Sequence record: SRR31156797_916
DNA: 64,000 nt
Reading direction: 5' to 3' (one strand)
The translations under genes and the position numbers were made by a program. Of the stretch, positions 31,097 to 41,583 are shown one piece after another (position 1 is the first letter of the stretch; every line of letters begins with the position of its first letter). The notes beneath the pieces are model-generated. The model saw only the letters and a program-made list of their open reading frames with translations, was not told the DNA's origin and did no database searches.

Positions 31097-31915
31097 CTAC
31101 TTCATCCCTCTTTCTTTCTTAATAGCGTCGTAGGCAGCATTGAGGTTCTGGAATTTTTTCTTGGCGGATTCCTGGATTTCCGGACCAAGGTGGCTCACTT
31201 TATCCGGGTGGTATTTCACGGCCATTTTGCGGTAAGCTTTTTTTACTTCGTCGTCGGAAGCATCGGGTGTTATCTCAAGGATTTTATAGTTGTGGTAGTT
31301 ATCCTTGATAAACATGGCTTTGATGGAGTTGTATTCGGCCATGCGGATGCCCATAAAACGAGAGATGGTTTCGATGATGTCGACCTCTTTATTGTGGATT
31401 TGGCCATCAGCCATGGAGATGCCAAACAGAAAATGCAGCAACTGTAGTTTTGAGGCCTGGTCCATGTGATAGCCAATTTGTTTGGTCACCTCATTCAGAC
31501 TGAATTCTTTTTTCAAAACTTCACGTAAAACCAGCAGGCTTTGTTGGGTTAACTGCTCATTGAATTGTCCGCGCAGGAATTGCTTCACATAGTCCAACTC
31601 CGATTTCAATACTTTGCCATCTGCTTTCATCACAGCGGCAGCCAAAATCATCAGGCTAACCGTAAAGTCACCGGTCTGGGTTTGTGTGTGTGGTTCCCGG
31701 TAGGTTCCGGTGCGGGAGTAATCGTCGTAGCCAGCATCATAATCGTAGTCATCGTAATTGCGGCTACCACGATCGCCAATGGGAGGCTTCCAGGAGTATT
31801 CGCCTGATTGCATTCCATCGAACATGGAGCCAAACATAAATCCAAATATTCCACCAATTGGTCCGCCAAGTACCCAGCCTAAGCCACCACCGATCCATTT
31901 ACCATATTTTGCCAT
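31097..31915 (-). CDS. djlA: DjlA-like co-chaperone (TerB-like domain plus C-terminal J domain)
   Basis: Gly-rich N-terminal TM (GWVLGGPIGG), VMKADG, AYRKMAVKYHPDK. Confidence 0.85.
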   Translation of the reverse strand: MAKYGKWIGGGLGWVLGGPIGGIFGFMFGSMFDGMQSGEYSWKPPIGDRGSRNYDDYDYDAGYDDYSRTGTYREPHTQTQTGDFTVSLMILAAAVMKADGKVLKSELDYVKQFLRGQFNEQLTQQSLLVLREVLKKEFSLNEVTKQIGYHMDQASKLQLLHFLFGISMADGQIHNKEVDIIETISRFMGIRMAEYNSIKAMFIKDNYHNYKILEITPDASDDEVKKAYRKMAVKYHPDKVSHLGPEIQESAKKKFQNLNAAYDAIKKERGMK

Positions 31916-31994
31916 AATTTTAATTTATGTTGTTCAATGTGTGCAATATGCTTCTCCCTTTCAATCCTGCTTGATCCATATTATTTCAAGCGGA

Positions 31995-33716
31995 TCATTT
32001 AACGATTGTTGCTGAATAAACTGCTGAGTTTTTTACAGCATCCGAAACTTCCAACCTGAATTCATTGGTGCCGCTTTTCAGTCGTTCATCAATGTAATAA
32101 ATGAGGAGGTCGTTTTTCGGGTCCCAGTCCATCAAAAGCCATGCCCCGTTAAGCATGGCACGAAATTCATCAATGCCGGATAGTTCGTCCTCGATTTTTA
32201 TGCTGATGGTTTTTTGGGATGTTATTGTTTTTCCATCTTTGATATTCACAGGTTTTATCGATGGCGCAAGGGTATCAACCACCACTACGTAATCACCGAA
32301 TTGACGAATGTCAGTTTTGAGCCATTCACCATCCCAGGTTCCTCCGGCCGCCGTCAATTCATCGTCTTCTATGTGAGCTATAATTGCTTTTTCCTTTAAA
32401 ATTTCAGGTATTTCAACCGGCCTGATACTGATTTCACAGGATTTATGGATGGGCTTATTATCCTTGTGTACTTTATGAATGACAGAATAATACCCTTCAC
32501 CGGATGTAATTTCTGAATACTGAAATGATATGGTGTCATAAAGGCTGCCGGCAGGAATAAAGAGCTTAAAATCAGATGTGTTATATAGGTTGTCTTCATT
32601 CCAGCTAAATACTTCTTTTTGGCTGGTTTTTGCAGTTTCTGTAAAAATATCTGTAAAAGCCGGGGGACTGGATTTTACAGTAAATAGCAGGATAGATTCA
32701 TTCCCCTTAATGTCCTTTACCACATATCTTACCTTGTGAAAACTTTCATCGATAAAATGAAAAATGCCGTGGTTTTCAACCTGCTTGTAAACCGAAAGTC
32801 TATTGTTGGGCTCAACATATGTTTTCTGATAGCGCCTTTTGATTTCGCTGTATGTTGCATAATCAATCAGGCTGTTCACATAGCGGCTTTCCGAAAAGCG
32901 GAATTCATCCATCCGGTGGCTGTAAACCAAATTTGAATCGATGAAAAGTTCGATGGAATAAACACCATTGTGATTTTTGGAATCGTTGAGCCTGTCGAAG
33001 GTGTTTATCCCAAAATAAAACACACCTGAAAGATGGATGGTATCGTTTGATTTAATCCTGTACTCCGGCCCCCAGCCGGCCAGCGGAGCTTCAAAAAATG
33101 TGTTTTCACCATTTATCCTGCTGTACGAATTAGCGGGATAAATACGCATACCGGTAATTTTGGGCCGGATATAATCCTTTACATTAAACCCAAAATGAAG
33201 CGGGTTTACCGGTATTTGTCCAATCGTTTTTCTGATCTCAAAATGCAGATGAGGCCCCATGGAACTGCCGGAGTTTCCCGAATAGGCAATGATGTCTCTT
33301 TTTTTTACTATGAATTGGCCCGGTTCAGGATACAGGTTTACCTGGAAGGATTCCAGCCGGTATTGTTCCTTTTTAACCCACCCGGCGAGATCGCCGGCAA
33401 ACTTATCACAATGTGCATAAACGGAGGTATAACCATTTGAGTGCTCGATATAAACGGCTTTTCCGAAACCTCCCGGCGAAACGGCTACGCGTGAAACGAA
33501 ACCATCGGCAATAGCGCGTAATGGTTTATTAATAGCCCCAAAAGTTTTAATGTCGATGCCTGAATGAAAATGATTGGTCCTCAACTCCCCAAATGTTCCT
33601 GACAGTGCCATTTTGAAATTCACCGGTGCGCTAAAATCATTTTTTGGGAAGTCTTCCTGTGCAGATATGGCCAGGTTAATTATTATAAAAAAACAGATGG
33701 TCAGAAATCTAAACAT
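31995..33716 (-). CDS. M23 family metallopeptidase
   Basis: HFHSGID, YAH, GNSGSSMGPHLHFE. Confidence 0.9.
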   Translation of the reverse strand: MFRFLTICFFIIINLAISAQEDFPKNDFSAPVNFKMALSGTFGELRTNHFHSGIDIKTFGAINKPLRAIADGFVSRVAVSPGGFGKAVYIEHSNGYTSVYAHCDKFAGDLAGWVKKEQYRLESFQVNLYPEPGQFIVKKRDIIAYSGNSGSSMGPHLHFEIRKTIGQIPVNPLHFGFNVKDYIRPKITGMRIYPANSYSRINGENTFFEAPLAGWGPEYRIKSNDTIHLSGVFYFGINTFDRLNDSKNHNGVYSIELFIDSNLVYSHRMDEFRFSESRYVNSLIDYATYSEIKRRYQKTYVEPNNRLSVYKQVENHGIFHFIDESFHKVRYVVKDIKGNESILLFTVKSSPPAFTDIFTETAKTSQKEVFSWNEDNLYNTSDFKLFIPAGSLYDTISFQYSEITSGEGYYSVIHKVHKDNKPIHKSCEISIRPVEIPEILKEKAIIAHIEDDELTAAGGTWDGEWLKTDIRQFGDYVVVVDTLAPSIKPVNIKDGKTITSQKTISIKIEDELSGIDEFRAMLNGAWLLMDWDPKNDLLIYYIDERLKSGTNEFRLEVSDAVKNSAVYSATIVK

Positions 33717-33720
33717 AAAA

Positions 33721-34215
33721 TCAGGGAATCAATTTTGTCAGTTCAGACATTTGGTGAATAACCTCATCAGCATCAGGAAAGTTCAATCTTTGTTGACGTT
33801 CGTCAAAAAGTACTGTTTGAAGCCCGGCCGCTTTTGCACCAACAATGTCCTTTTCGTAAAGGTTGCCAATCATGACGCTATGTTGTGGATTGCTTCCCAG
33901 TTCAAGGGTGATAGCTGTAAAGAATTTCGGGTCCGGTTTTTTGTATCCCAGGTCCCTCGAAGCGAAGAAATGATTGAAATACCTGGCGGCACCAACCCTC
34001 TTTAAAGCTGCTATCATTTCTTCAGTTCCTGAATGATCGGCGCTGGTAGCAATGGCCAGGGTGTATTTTGCGGAGAGTTCCTGAAGCGACTGTTCAGCTC
34101 CTGGTATATAGGCGACTTTCTCCCAGCCGGACATGGGTCCGGGCAGGGCGAAATCACGCATGATTGTATCTCCCCAATCGAAAACTAAAACCCTTACCGG
34201 CAGCTGAATGGACAT
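33721..34215 (-). CDS. HAD-superfamily hydrolase
   Basis: FDWGDT, KPDP, IGNLYEKDIVGA. Confidence 0.85.
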   Translation of the reverse strand: MSIQLPVRVLVFDWGDTIMRDFALPGPMSGWEKVAYIPGAEQSLQELSAKYTLAIATSADHSGTEEMIAALKRVGAARYFNHFFASRDLGYKKPDPKFFTAITLELGSNPQHSVMIGNLYEKDIVGAKAAGLQTVLFDERQQRLNFPDADEVIHQMSELTKLIP

Positions 34216-34250
34216 GTTTAACGCCTGTTTGGAGTAAAATAAAAGTGGGC

Positions 34251-35024
34251 TTAGAATGACCGGATTATGGTACTGAAATCATCAGGTTTGAGTGATGCAC
34301 CACCAACAAGGCCTCCGTCAACATCCTGCTGAGAGAACAACACTTTAGCATTTTTTGCATTAACCGACCCACCATAGAGTATGGATACAGAGTCTGCTAA
34401 CTCCGGGCCATATTTTGCAGCGATTACTTTTCTGATTTCGGCATGCATTTCCTGCGCCTGTTCAGGGGATGCAGTAACTCCGGTTCCGATGGCCCAGACC
34501 GGTTCGTAGGCAATCACTACTTTTTTAAAGTCATCTTTGTCGAGATGAAACAGGCCGTTTTCAACCTGGTTTTTAACAAGTGTAACATGATTTCCGGATT
34601 CCCTGATTTCCAGTTGCTCGCCACAACAGAAAATGGGAATAAGGTCACTATTCAATGCCAGGCTCACCTTGTTGGCAAGAATAGCATCGGTTTCACCGTA
34701 ATACTGTCTGCGTTCGGAGTGCCCGATAATTACAAACTCAGCACCTGTAGATTTAATCATATCCACGCTGGTTTCACCGGTATATGCACCTTTTTCATGA
34801 TCTGCACAATTTTGTGCCGCAACATGAACCATCGGATTTGATTTTACCATTTCGGCTGCGTAAGGCAGCGTAATAAACGGAGTGCTAAAAATAACTTCAA
34901 GTTCTCCGGCTTTTTGTGAAGGTGGATTTGCCTCAATGTTCGCCAGGATATTTTCAATCAGCTTTTTACCCTCTTCAAGGGTGGTGTTCATTTTCCAGTT
35001 ACCTGCTGCGATTTTTTTTCTCAT
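34251..35024 (-). CDS. tpiA: Triosephosphate isomerase
   Basis: AGNWKMN, GHSERR, AYEPVWAIGTG, LYGGSV, GGLVGGASL. Confidence 0.98.
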   Translation of the reverse strand: MRKKIAAGNWKMNTTLEEGKKLIENILANIEANPPSQKAGELEVIFSTPFITLPYAAEMVKSNPMVHVAAQNCADHEKGAYTGETSVDMIKSTGAEFVIIGHSERRQYYGETDAILANKVSLALNSDLIPIFCCGEQLEIRESGNHVTLVKNQVENGLFHLDKDDFKKVVIAYEPVWAIGTGVTASPEQAQEMHAEIRKVIAAKYGPELADSVSILYGGSVNAKNAKVLFSQQDVDGGLVGGASLKPDDFSTIIRSF

Positions 35025-35146
35025 TTGTATATTATTTGTTGTTTTAATAATTCAGCCCGCAAAAATAAACATGATGGACACATAAGCAAATCGAAAAGCA
35101 GAGCCGGATATTTTGTTCGGTTGATATTTTTATGGCTGTAGCAGTC

Positions 35147-36013
35147 TTAAATTGAATCGGGATTTACGATTTCCTTTTCTGTAATAAAGGCAGTTGCAAG
35201 TTTGGTTGGAACGGCTTCAAAATAAAAGTTAACGGGTTTAATATGTTCCGGGTGGTTTTTCCAGATGTCATCACCTGGTTTATAGATATTGTGCAATGAA
35301 TCAGGGCTGGATTGGCTAACAGACATTTTGCGGCTGTCGGCCAGTATATAAAATGGGATATTTTTTTCCCTGCAAACAAGGGCCAAGGCGTATGTACCAA
35401 TTTTATTTACAAAATAATCGGCATGAATCTGATCAGCTCCGGTAAGCATCACATCAACTTTGTCCATCATAAAGGCTGCTGCTGCGTCAACCACAAAACG
35501 CACTTCATGCCCAAGGCTCGCAATTTTCTCAGCCTGAAACCTGCCTTCATTTTCCGGCTTCGACTCTGTTTGAATAACATGGCAGATTATATCCATATCA
35601 GAAAGCTTGTGGAACAAGCTGGTAACCACGCTGCTGTTGCTATGCAGAAGAATGGTCAGATGGTTAAAATCCAAATGTTTCAGGGCCATTTCTGATACTT
35701 TGGAATTTGCGTTTTTCCATGTTTGGTCATAATCTTTCACGAAATCAAAGAGTACGTCTCCTGTTTCATCCTTTTTATCAATCCTGACCAGAAACTCTTC
35801 AAGTTGGGTAAGAAAGTGTTTTACCACCTCGAAATGCCCCAACGACCCTTTCATGAGTGGCAGCCTGTCCATGATAACTTTGCGGTGAACGGTTGGTTCC
35901 TGCTGACGGATCAGGTAACCGAGTATCGCCCTGATAAGCTGTTGTAAAACGGCCACTGAGCCGGATTGCTTATCGTTTATCATTTGTAAGAGCACTTCGT
36001 CGAATTGGGTCAT
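35147..36013 (-). CDS. eIF-2B/IF-2B family protein (ribose-1,5-bisphosphate isomerase/MtnA-like fold)
   Basis: LHSNSSVV, ESKPENEG, GADQI...VNKIGT, NFYFE motifs. Confidence 0.8.
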   Translation of the reverse strand: MTQFDEVLLQMINDKQSGSVAVLQQLIRAILGYLIRQQEPTVHRKVIMDRLPLMKGSLGHFEVVKHFLTQLEEFLVRIDKKDETGDVLFDFVKDYDQTWKNANSKVSEMALKHLDFNHLTILLHSNSSVVTSLFHKLSDMDIICHVIQTESKPENEGRFQAEKIASLGHEVRFVVDAAAAFMMDKVDVMLTGADQIHADYFVNKIGTYALALVCREKNIPFYILADSRKMSVSQSSPDSLHNIYKPGDDIWKNHPEHIKPVNFYFEAVPTKLATAFITEKEIVNPDSI

Positions 36014-36096
36014 GGCATCAAATTTTACGTTAAAAATAACAACAATTTGTACCTGAGCAGGTTGGTTTTTTTGAATCAAACCTCAAATTGTGACAC

Positions 36097-36131
36097 AAAA
36101 AAACCTCCGTAAGTTGCCCTTGCGGAGGTTT
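36097..36131 (-). terminator. Intrinsic terminator after rho
   Basis: AAACCTCCGTAAG-TTGCC-CTTGCGGAGGTTT with A7 tract. Confidence 0.75.
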
Positions 36132-36151
36132 ATAGTTTAAAAGTGTTTTTT

Positions 36152-37840
36152 CTAGCTATTCATCGAAATGAGGAATTCCTCATTGGTTTGTGTAAACCTG
36201 AGTTTATCTTTCAGGAATTCCATGGCTTCAACCGGATTCATATCTGCAAGATGGTTTCTGAGTACCCATATGCGCTGCAACATCTCCTTGTCGAGGAGCA
36301 GGTCATCGCGTCGGGTGCTGGATGCCACAATATCTATCGAAGGATAGATACGTTTGTTGGATAGTTTCCTGTCAAGTTGGAGTTCCATGTTACCCGTTCC
36401 CTTGAATTCTTCAAAAATAACCTCGTCCATTTTCGAGCCTGTATCAATCAAAGCAGTGGAAATGATGGTGAGTGATCCGCCATTTTCGATCTGTCGTGCA
36501 GCACCGAAAAAGCGTTTTGGTTTGTGTAATGCGTTGGCTTCCACACCACCTGACAGTACTTTACCTGATGCAGGTGAAACTGTATTATAAGCCCTTGCCA
36601 AACGTGTGATCGAGTCGAGCAGGATTACAACATCATGACCGCATTCGGTAAGCCTTTTGGCCTTTTCAAGAACGATATTGGCAATTTTTACATGCCTTTC
36701 AGCAGGCTCATCAAAAGTTGAACTAATCACCTCTGCCTTTACACTTCTTTCCATATCCGTAACTTCTTCAGGACGCTCGTCGATGAGCAGGATCATCATG
36801 TAAACTTCCGGGTGATTGTAGGCAATGGCATTGGCAACTTCTTTCAGTAACACGGTTTTACCAGTTTTTGGCTGGGCAACAATGAGTCCACGCTGGCCTT
36901 TACCAATCGGGGTAAACATATCAATAACACGTGTTGAAACAGTTTCGCCGGGATGGCCGGTTAGGTTGAATTTCTTTTCGGGGAAGAGTGGAGTCAGGAA
37001 GTCAAACGGAATCCTGTCCCTGGCTTCCTCAGGGTCACGACCGTTAATCTGTTCTACTTTAACCAGTGGGAAATATTTCTCACCTTCCTTTGGTGGACGA
37101 ATTTGTCCGCGAATATTGTCACCGGTCTTTAAACCGAATAATTTTATTTGCGACTGTGAGACGTAAATATCATCAGGTGAATTGAGGTAATTGTAATCTG
37201 ATGACCTCAAAAATCCATATCCATCCTGTATGATTTCCAGAACACCTTCGCTGGTTACAGCACTATCAAAATCGAATACAATGTTATTACGCTGTTTTTG
37301 TTGTTGCTGTTGTTTATTCCTGTCGTCCCGCTCGAACTTGGGTTTTTGGTCCCTGTGATTTCTATCTCTTCCATCCCTGTCTCTATTATCTCTGTCACGG
37401 GAATCCCGGTGATCTTTGCTATTGTCCTGGTCGGTGTGTCTTTGCTGACGTGGACGAACTTCTTCTTTGCGGGGCTGGTAAGCCGGTTTCTCTTTTTTCT
37501 CTTCCTCAGGTTTTACAGGCGGAGTTTCTTTTGGTTCTGCCGGCTTCTCAGGCTCTTCAGTAGCAATGCTGGAAGCGATTTTTTCTTTTTTTGGTTCGGC
37601 GCTGATTCTCCTGCGACGACTTTTTGTGGGCTTTTCTGCCTTGGGTTTTTCTTCTGCTTTTTCAGGCTTACCGGCGGGCTTTGATTCCGGTTTTGTTTTT
37701 GGATTCAAAGCCTGATGGTCAAGGATTTTATAAATTAAATCCTGCTTCTTCAGATTGTTGATTTTCTGGATATTCAATTCCTTTGCAATTTGCTTTAACT
37801 CGGTTAATAGCTTGCCGTTTAGTTCAATAATATCGTACAT
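36152..37840 (-). CDS. rho: Transcription termination factor Rho with N-terminal low-complexity insertion
   Basis: [55 protein letters not shown]. Confidence 0.98.
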   Translation of the reverse strand: MYDIIELNGKLLTELKQIAKELNIQKINNLKKQDLIYKILDHQALNPKTKPESKPAGKPEKAEEKPKAEKPTKSRRRRISAEPKKEKIASSIATEEPEKPAEPKETPPVKPEEEKKEKPAYQPRKEEVRPRQQRHTDQDNSKDHRDSRDRDNRDRDGRDRNHRDQKPKFERDDRNKQQQQQKQRNNIVFDFDSAVTSEGVLEIIQDGYGFLRSSDYNYLNSPDDIYVSQSQIKLFGLKTGDNIRGQIRPPKEGEKYFPLVKVEQINGRDPEEARDRIPFDFLTPLFPEKKFNLTGHPGETVSTRVIDMFTPIGKGQRGLIVAQPKTGKTVLLKEVANAIAYNHPEVYMMILLIDERPEEVTDMERSVKAEVISSTFDEPAERHVKIANIVLEKAKRLTECGHDVVILLDSITRLARAYNTVSPASGKVLSGGVEANALHKPKRFFGAARQIENGGSLTIISTALIDTGSKMDEVIFEEFKGTGNMELQLDRKLSNKRIYPSIDIVASSTRRDDLLLDKEMLQRIWVLRNHLADMNPVEAMEFLKDKLRFTQTNEEFLISMNS

Positions 37841-38099
37841 TTAAATTTTGATTTTGTGTCTGTTCAATAATGCATACATACCTCTAAGCGTATGATCATG
37901 CATTCATGAAATTTCATTGAATTTGAGCTAACTGATCCGGTGGATCAGCGAATGATTATTTAATGTTGTCAAAATGCTTTAAGACATCTTGATTTTATAA
38001 ATTGTTTATGATCTAATTGTGAAATAAATTAATGAAAAACTAAAGGAAATAAATTTAATCTTGTGAGATAACCAGTTGAATACTGGCTTAATGAGGCCA

Positions 38100-38107
38100 C
38101 AAATATA
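38100..38107 (-). promoter_or_regulatory. Probable -7 promoter element for rho (long leader)
   Basis: TATATTTG on the minus strand ~260 nt upstream of the rho ATG; divergent TATATTTG at 38194-38201 on the plus strand. Confidence 0.55.
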
Positions 38108-38237
38108 CATTTTTCCTGAAACTGTAATTTTTTTAACGAAAAAAAACATTTTTCATTTCATGTTTCATGCACTTCAGCTCGGATAAATCCTTTTATATTT
38201 GCACTGCTTTTTTCGGACTAAAAAACAATAAAGTGTT

Positions 38238-38726
38238 ATGCTTCAACGAATTCAAACTGTATTCATGTTTTTGGCTGTTGTAGCCGGTGTTTTAATTTTC
38301 TTTTTCCCAATCGCGACCTACATCTCTGATACCAGTTATTTGATGTTTTTTCTTCACATGGTCAGGGAATTATCATCAGAGCCATTTAATGATATGTCGG
38401 TATCGAATCCAAACTTCGAACAGTGGCTTACCCTTCCACTGTCTGCCGGTCAGTTGGTCATAATTATCATTGTGTTATTTACCATATTTAAGTATAAGCG
38501 GCGGAAACTCCAAATCAGGCTTAACAACCTTACTATTTTTCTTAATGTGTTGTTGGTGGGAGGTATCTTTTATTACACAACCATTCTTGAAGAACAAACG
38601 GGAGCCTCATCAGAATATGGTATTGGACCTGTTTTTCCGTTGGTGTCAATGATTTTGCTTTTTATGGCCAATTACAACATCAGGAAAGATGAAAAACTGA
38701 TCAGGTCAGCTGAGCGGCTAAGGTAA
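38238..38726 (+). CDS. DUF4293 family membrane protein
   Basis: MLQRIQT start, four TMs, IRKDEKLIRSAERLR end. Confidence 0.85.
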   Translation: MLQRIQTVFMFLAVVAGVLIFFFPIATYISDTSYLMFFLHMVRELSSEPFNDMSVSNPNFEQWLTLPLSAGQLVIIIIVLFTIFKYKRRKLQIRLNNLTIFLNVLLVGGIFYYTTILEEQTGASSEYGIGPVFPLVSMILLFMANYNIRKDEKLIRSAERLR

Positions 38727-38727
38727 A

Positions 38728-39225
38728 TTACTTCCTGCGGTCTTTCTCAAATACTTCCAGGTTTTTTATTTCACCGCTGTCCACATCGAATCTTACCATG
38801 GTTATTTTTTGGTGTAAACCTGAGTTGCCGGATGCTCCGGGGTTGATGTGTAAAAGGTTGTGTTTTTTATCGAACATGACCTTTAAAATATGAGAATGGC
38901 CCGAGATAAAAAGAGCTGGCCTCTCCTTCAGAATCATTTCTTTTGCTTTTGGCTGGTATCGGCCCGGATAGCCACCAATATGGATCATCGAAATCTTAAC
39001 TCCTTCTACGATTTCTGTTATTGTTTCCGGGGTTTGTACCCTGATTTCCGTTCCGTCAATATTTCCATAAACGGCCTTTACAGGCCTGAAGGCTTCAAGT
39101 TGTTCGAGAACCTGGATTTTGCCAATATCACCGGCATGCCAGATTTGATGACAGGGTTGGAAGAATTCAAAGGTTTTTTCGGGAAATGATCCGTGTGTGT
39201 CAGAAAGCAGTCCGATTTTCAGCAT
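38728..39225 (-). CDS. YfcE-like metallophosphoesterase
   Basis: SDTH, HAGD, GNID, GHSH, NPG. Confidence 0.9.
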   Translation of the reverse strand: MLKIGLLSDTHGSFPEKTFEFFQPCHQIWHAGDIGKIQVLEQLEAFRPVKAVYGNIDGTEIRVQTPETITEIVEGVKISMIHIGGYPGRYQPKAKEMILKERPALFISGHSHILKVMFDKKHNLLHINPGASGNSGLHQKITMVRFDVDSGEIKNLEVFEKDRRK

Positions 39226-39240
39226 AAACAGATAGTTGGA

Positions 39241-40053
39241 TTAAATTTGATTGGCATTGTTTGCAGGGACATACCGCATGTTTTCGGAATCTTCCATGTT
39301 AAATGTGATGCTCAATTTCATGGCCGTTCGTACCGCTTTTCCATTCTTCATTCCGGGTATCCATTGTAAAAGTTTTAACAATCGGATTGCTTCCTCGTTA
39401 CAGCCTGCTCCAACGCTTTTTTCGATTTTGTAATTGGAAATGTTGCCCGATGGTTCAACAACAAAAAATAAATCCACCGTACCCGATATTCCCTGCCGTT
39501 TGGCGGCTTCCGGGTATTTTAAGTTTTGGATCATAAAGTCGCTGAAACCTTTAACATTTCCAGTGTAAACCGGCTTGGGTAGTGTGTCAAGCCTTTTGGG
39601 TTCGTAAATTTCAAGACTTTTATCAATGGGTTGTATTCGATAATCAGGTGTGTCATAACCCCGGTGTTTTACTAGTTTATTGTATTTTTTGATTTTGAAG
39701 GGAATCTCAATGTCAAGGTCCTCCGGAATGGTTGTGCCCTTGCTTCTGGCGGGTGTCCAAAGCAGATGTTTGAACAAGCGCAATGCTTCTTTATCAATTG
39801 ATTCACATACCGGTTCGGCGATCTTAACATTTTCGGCTTCACCATATTCCAAAATTGTAAAGCTGATCCTTACTTTCCCTTCCATGTCTTTGTTAAGTGC
39901 ATCCTTTGGATAGATCATCTCATTTTTGATCATGTCCTTAAAGGCATCTTTGCCTCCATAGTTTTCAGCAGGAAAGTAATAAGCAGCCTGGCCGAATGCT
40001 GTTAAAATTAAAAAGGTGAGTAGGCTTGTAAGGAGAATATGAGATCGTTTCAT
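39241..40053 (-). CDS. Secreted protein with two TonB C-terminal domains
   Basis: Signal peptide; YPKDALNKDMEGKV...EALR and YPEAAKRQGISGTV...EEAIR...WIPG. Confidence 0.8.
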   Translation of the reverse strand: MKRSHILLTSLLTFLILTAFGQAAYYFPAENYGGKDAFKDMIKNEMIYPKDALNKDMEGKVRISFTILEYGEAENVKIAEPVCESIDKEALRLFKHLLWTPARSKGTTIPEDLDIEIPFKIKKYNKLVKHRGYDTPDYRIQPIDKSLEIYEPKRLDTLPKPVYTGNVKGFSDFMIQNLKYPEAAKRQGISGTVDLFFVVEPSGNISNYKIEKSVGAGCNEEAIRLLKLLQWIPGMKNGKAVRTAMKLSITFNMEDSENMRYVPANNANQI

Positions 40054-40185
40054 GGCATCGGTTTTCGATTTCGTGAGCAGTAAATGTACGCATTTTTTAC
40101 CCAAATACTGGAAAATAGCCAACTTTTCAAGAATCGATTGCTTAGAGCAGGATAATTCATATTTTTATCCCTTAAATAAAAATCC

Positions 40186-41562
40186 ATGGAAATACTGTCG
40201 CAAATATTGTTTTTGGTCTCCGGGCTCATTATCGGGTTTCTTGTGGCCTGGATATTCCTCAAACGCAAGCCGGATGAAAGCTCTGAGTTGAATAATTTGA
40301 AAAGGGAGAAGGATGACCTGATTGTGGAGAATAAAATTAAAACCAGCGAGTTGGAGAATAGTCAGAAAGACGCTCATGGCCTGAAATCTGATCTGGAAAC
40401 GCATCGCTCCAAAGTTGTTGAACTCAACTCGGAACTCTCAACAACAAAAGCCAACCTTACGAATATGGCTGACAAATTGGCAAATCAGCAAAAAGAACTG
40501 GAAGGTATCAGGGAAAAGTTTGTTTTTGAATTTAAGACCCTGGCATCGGAGATCATGCAAAAAGAGAGTAAAACTTTCACCGAACAGAACAAGGTCCAGA
40601 TTGAAACTTTACTGAAACCGCTTGGTGTTAAAATCCAGGAGTTTGAAAAAAAGGTTGAAGAAACTTACGAAAAGGAGGCACGCGAGCAGATATCACTGAA
40701 AGAGGAGGTCAAGCGGCTTTCGGAATTAAACAAGCAGATCAGCACAGATGCGCAAAACCTTGCCGAAGCTTTGAAGGGACAATCAAAAACTCAGGGCAAC
40801 TGGGGAGAACTGATCCTGGAAAGTATCCTTGAAAAATCCGGCCTGATGAAAGACCGGGAGTTTTTTGTGCAACAATCCTACAAGTCTGATGATGGCCGCC
40901 GCCTGCAGCCTGATGTGATCCTTACGCTTCCCGGAAACAAAAATGTGGTGATCGATTCAAAAGTCTCACTGACAGCATATGAGAAGTACGTTTCTGAAGA
41001 TGAGGAGATGTTAACCCAACAGGCCCTGAAAAGCCACCTGGTGTCTGTGAAAAAACATGTGGATGAACTGGCAGCAAAAAACTATCAACACATTTATGAC
41101 TTAAACAGCCTTGATTTTGTAATCATGTTTTTACCTGTGGAACCTGCCTTCCTTGCTGCCGTTAAAGAAGATCAGGGTTTGTGGGGATATGCTTACGAAA
41201 AAGGCGTTTTGTTGATCGGGCCTACAAATTTATTTGCAACACTTAAGATGGTTTCAAGTCTTTGGCAGCAGGAATATCAAAACAGGAATGTGATGGAAAT
41301 TGCCCGCGAAAGTGGCAAGCTATACGACAAGTTCGTAGGGTTTGCAAAAGATATTACCGACATTGGCGATAAGATAAACGGTGCGCAAAAAAGCTATGAA
41401 CAAGCCATGGGAAAACTATCAGAGGGTAGGGGCAACCTGGTTTCGCGAGCAGAAAAAATTAAAGCGCTTGGCGCCAAAGCAACCAAATCGCTACCTGAGA
41501 ACTTGATCAATCGTGATGCTGAAAATGAACATTACGAGGACGAACCCGAAAAATTGAAATGA
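40186..41562 (+). CDS. rmuC: DNA recombination protein RmuC
   Basis: TM plus coiled coil; QGNWGELIL, QPDVI, IDSKVSL, FVIMFLP. Confidence 0.93.
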   Translation: MEILSQILFLVSGLIIGFLVAWIFLKRKPDESSELNNLKREKDDLIVENKIKTSELENSQKDAHGLKSDLETHRSKVVELNSELSTTKANLTNMADKLANQQKELEGIREKFVFEFKTLASEIMQKESKTFTEQNKVQIETLLKPLGVKIQEFEKKVEETYEKEAREQISLKEEVKRLSELNKQISTDAQNLAEALKGQSKTQGNWGELILESILEKSGLMKDREFFVQQSYKSDDGRRLQPDVILTLPGNKNVVIDSKVSLTAYEKYVSEDEEMLTQQALKSHLVSVKKHVDELAAKNYQHIYDLNSLDFVIMFLPVEPAFLAAVKEDQGLWGYAYEKGVLLIGPTNLFATLKMVSSLWQQEYQNRNVMEIARESGKLYDKFVGFAKDITDIGDKINGAQKSYEQAMGKLSEGRGNLVSRAEKIKALGAKATKSLPENLINRDAENEHYEDEPEKLK

Positions 41563-41583
41563 TATTAACCTGAAATTTTAACC

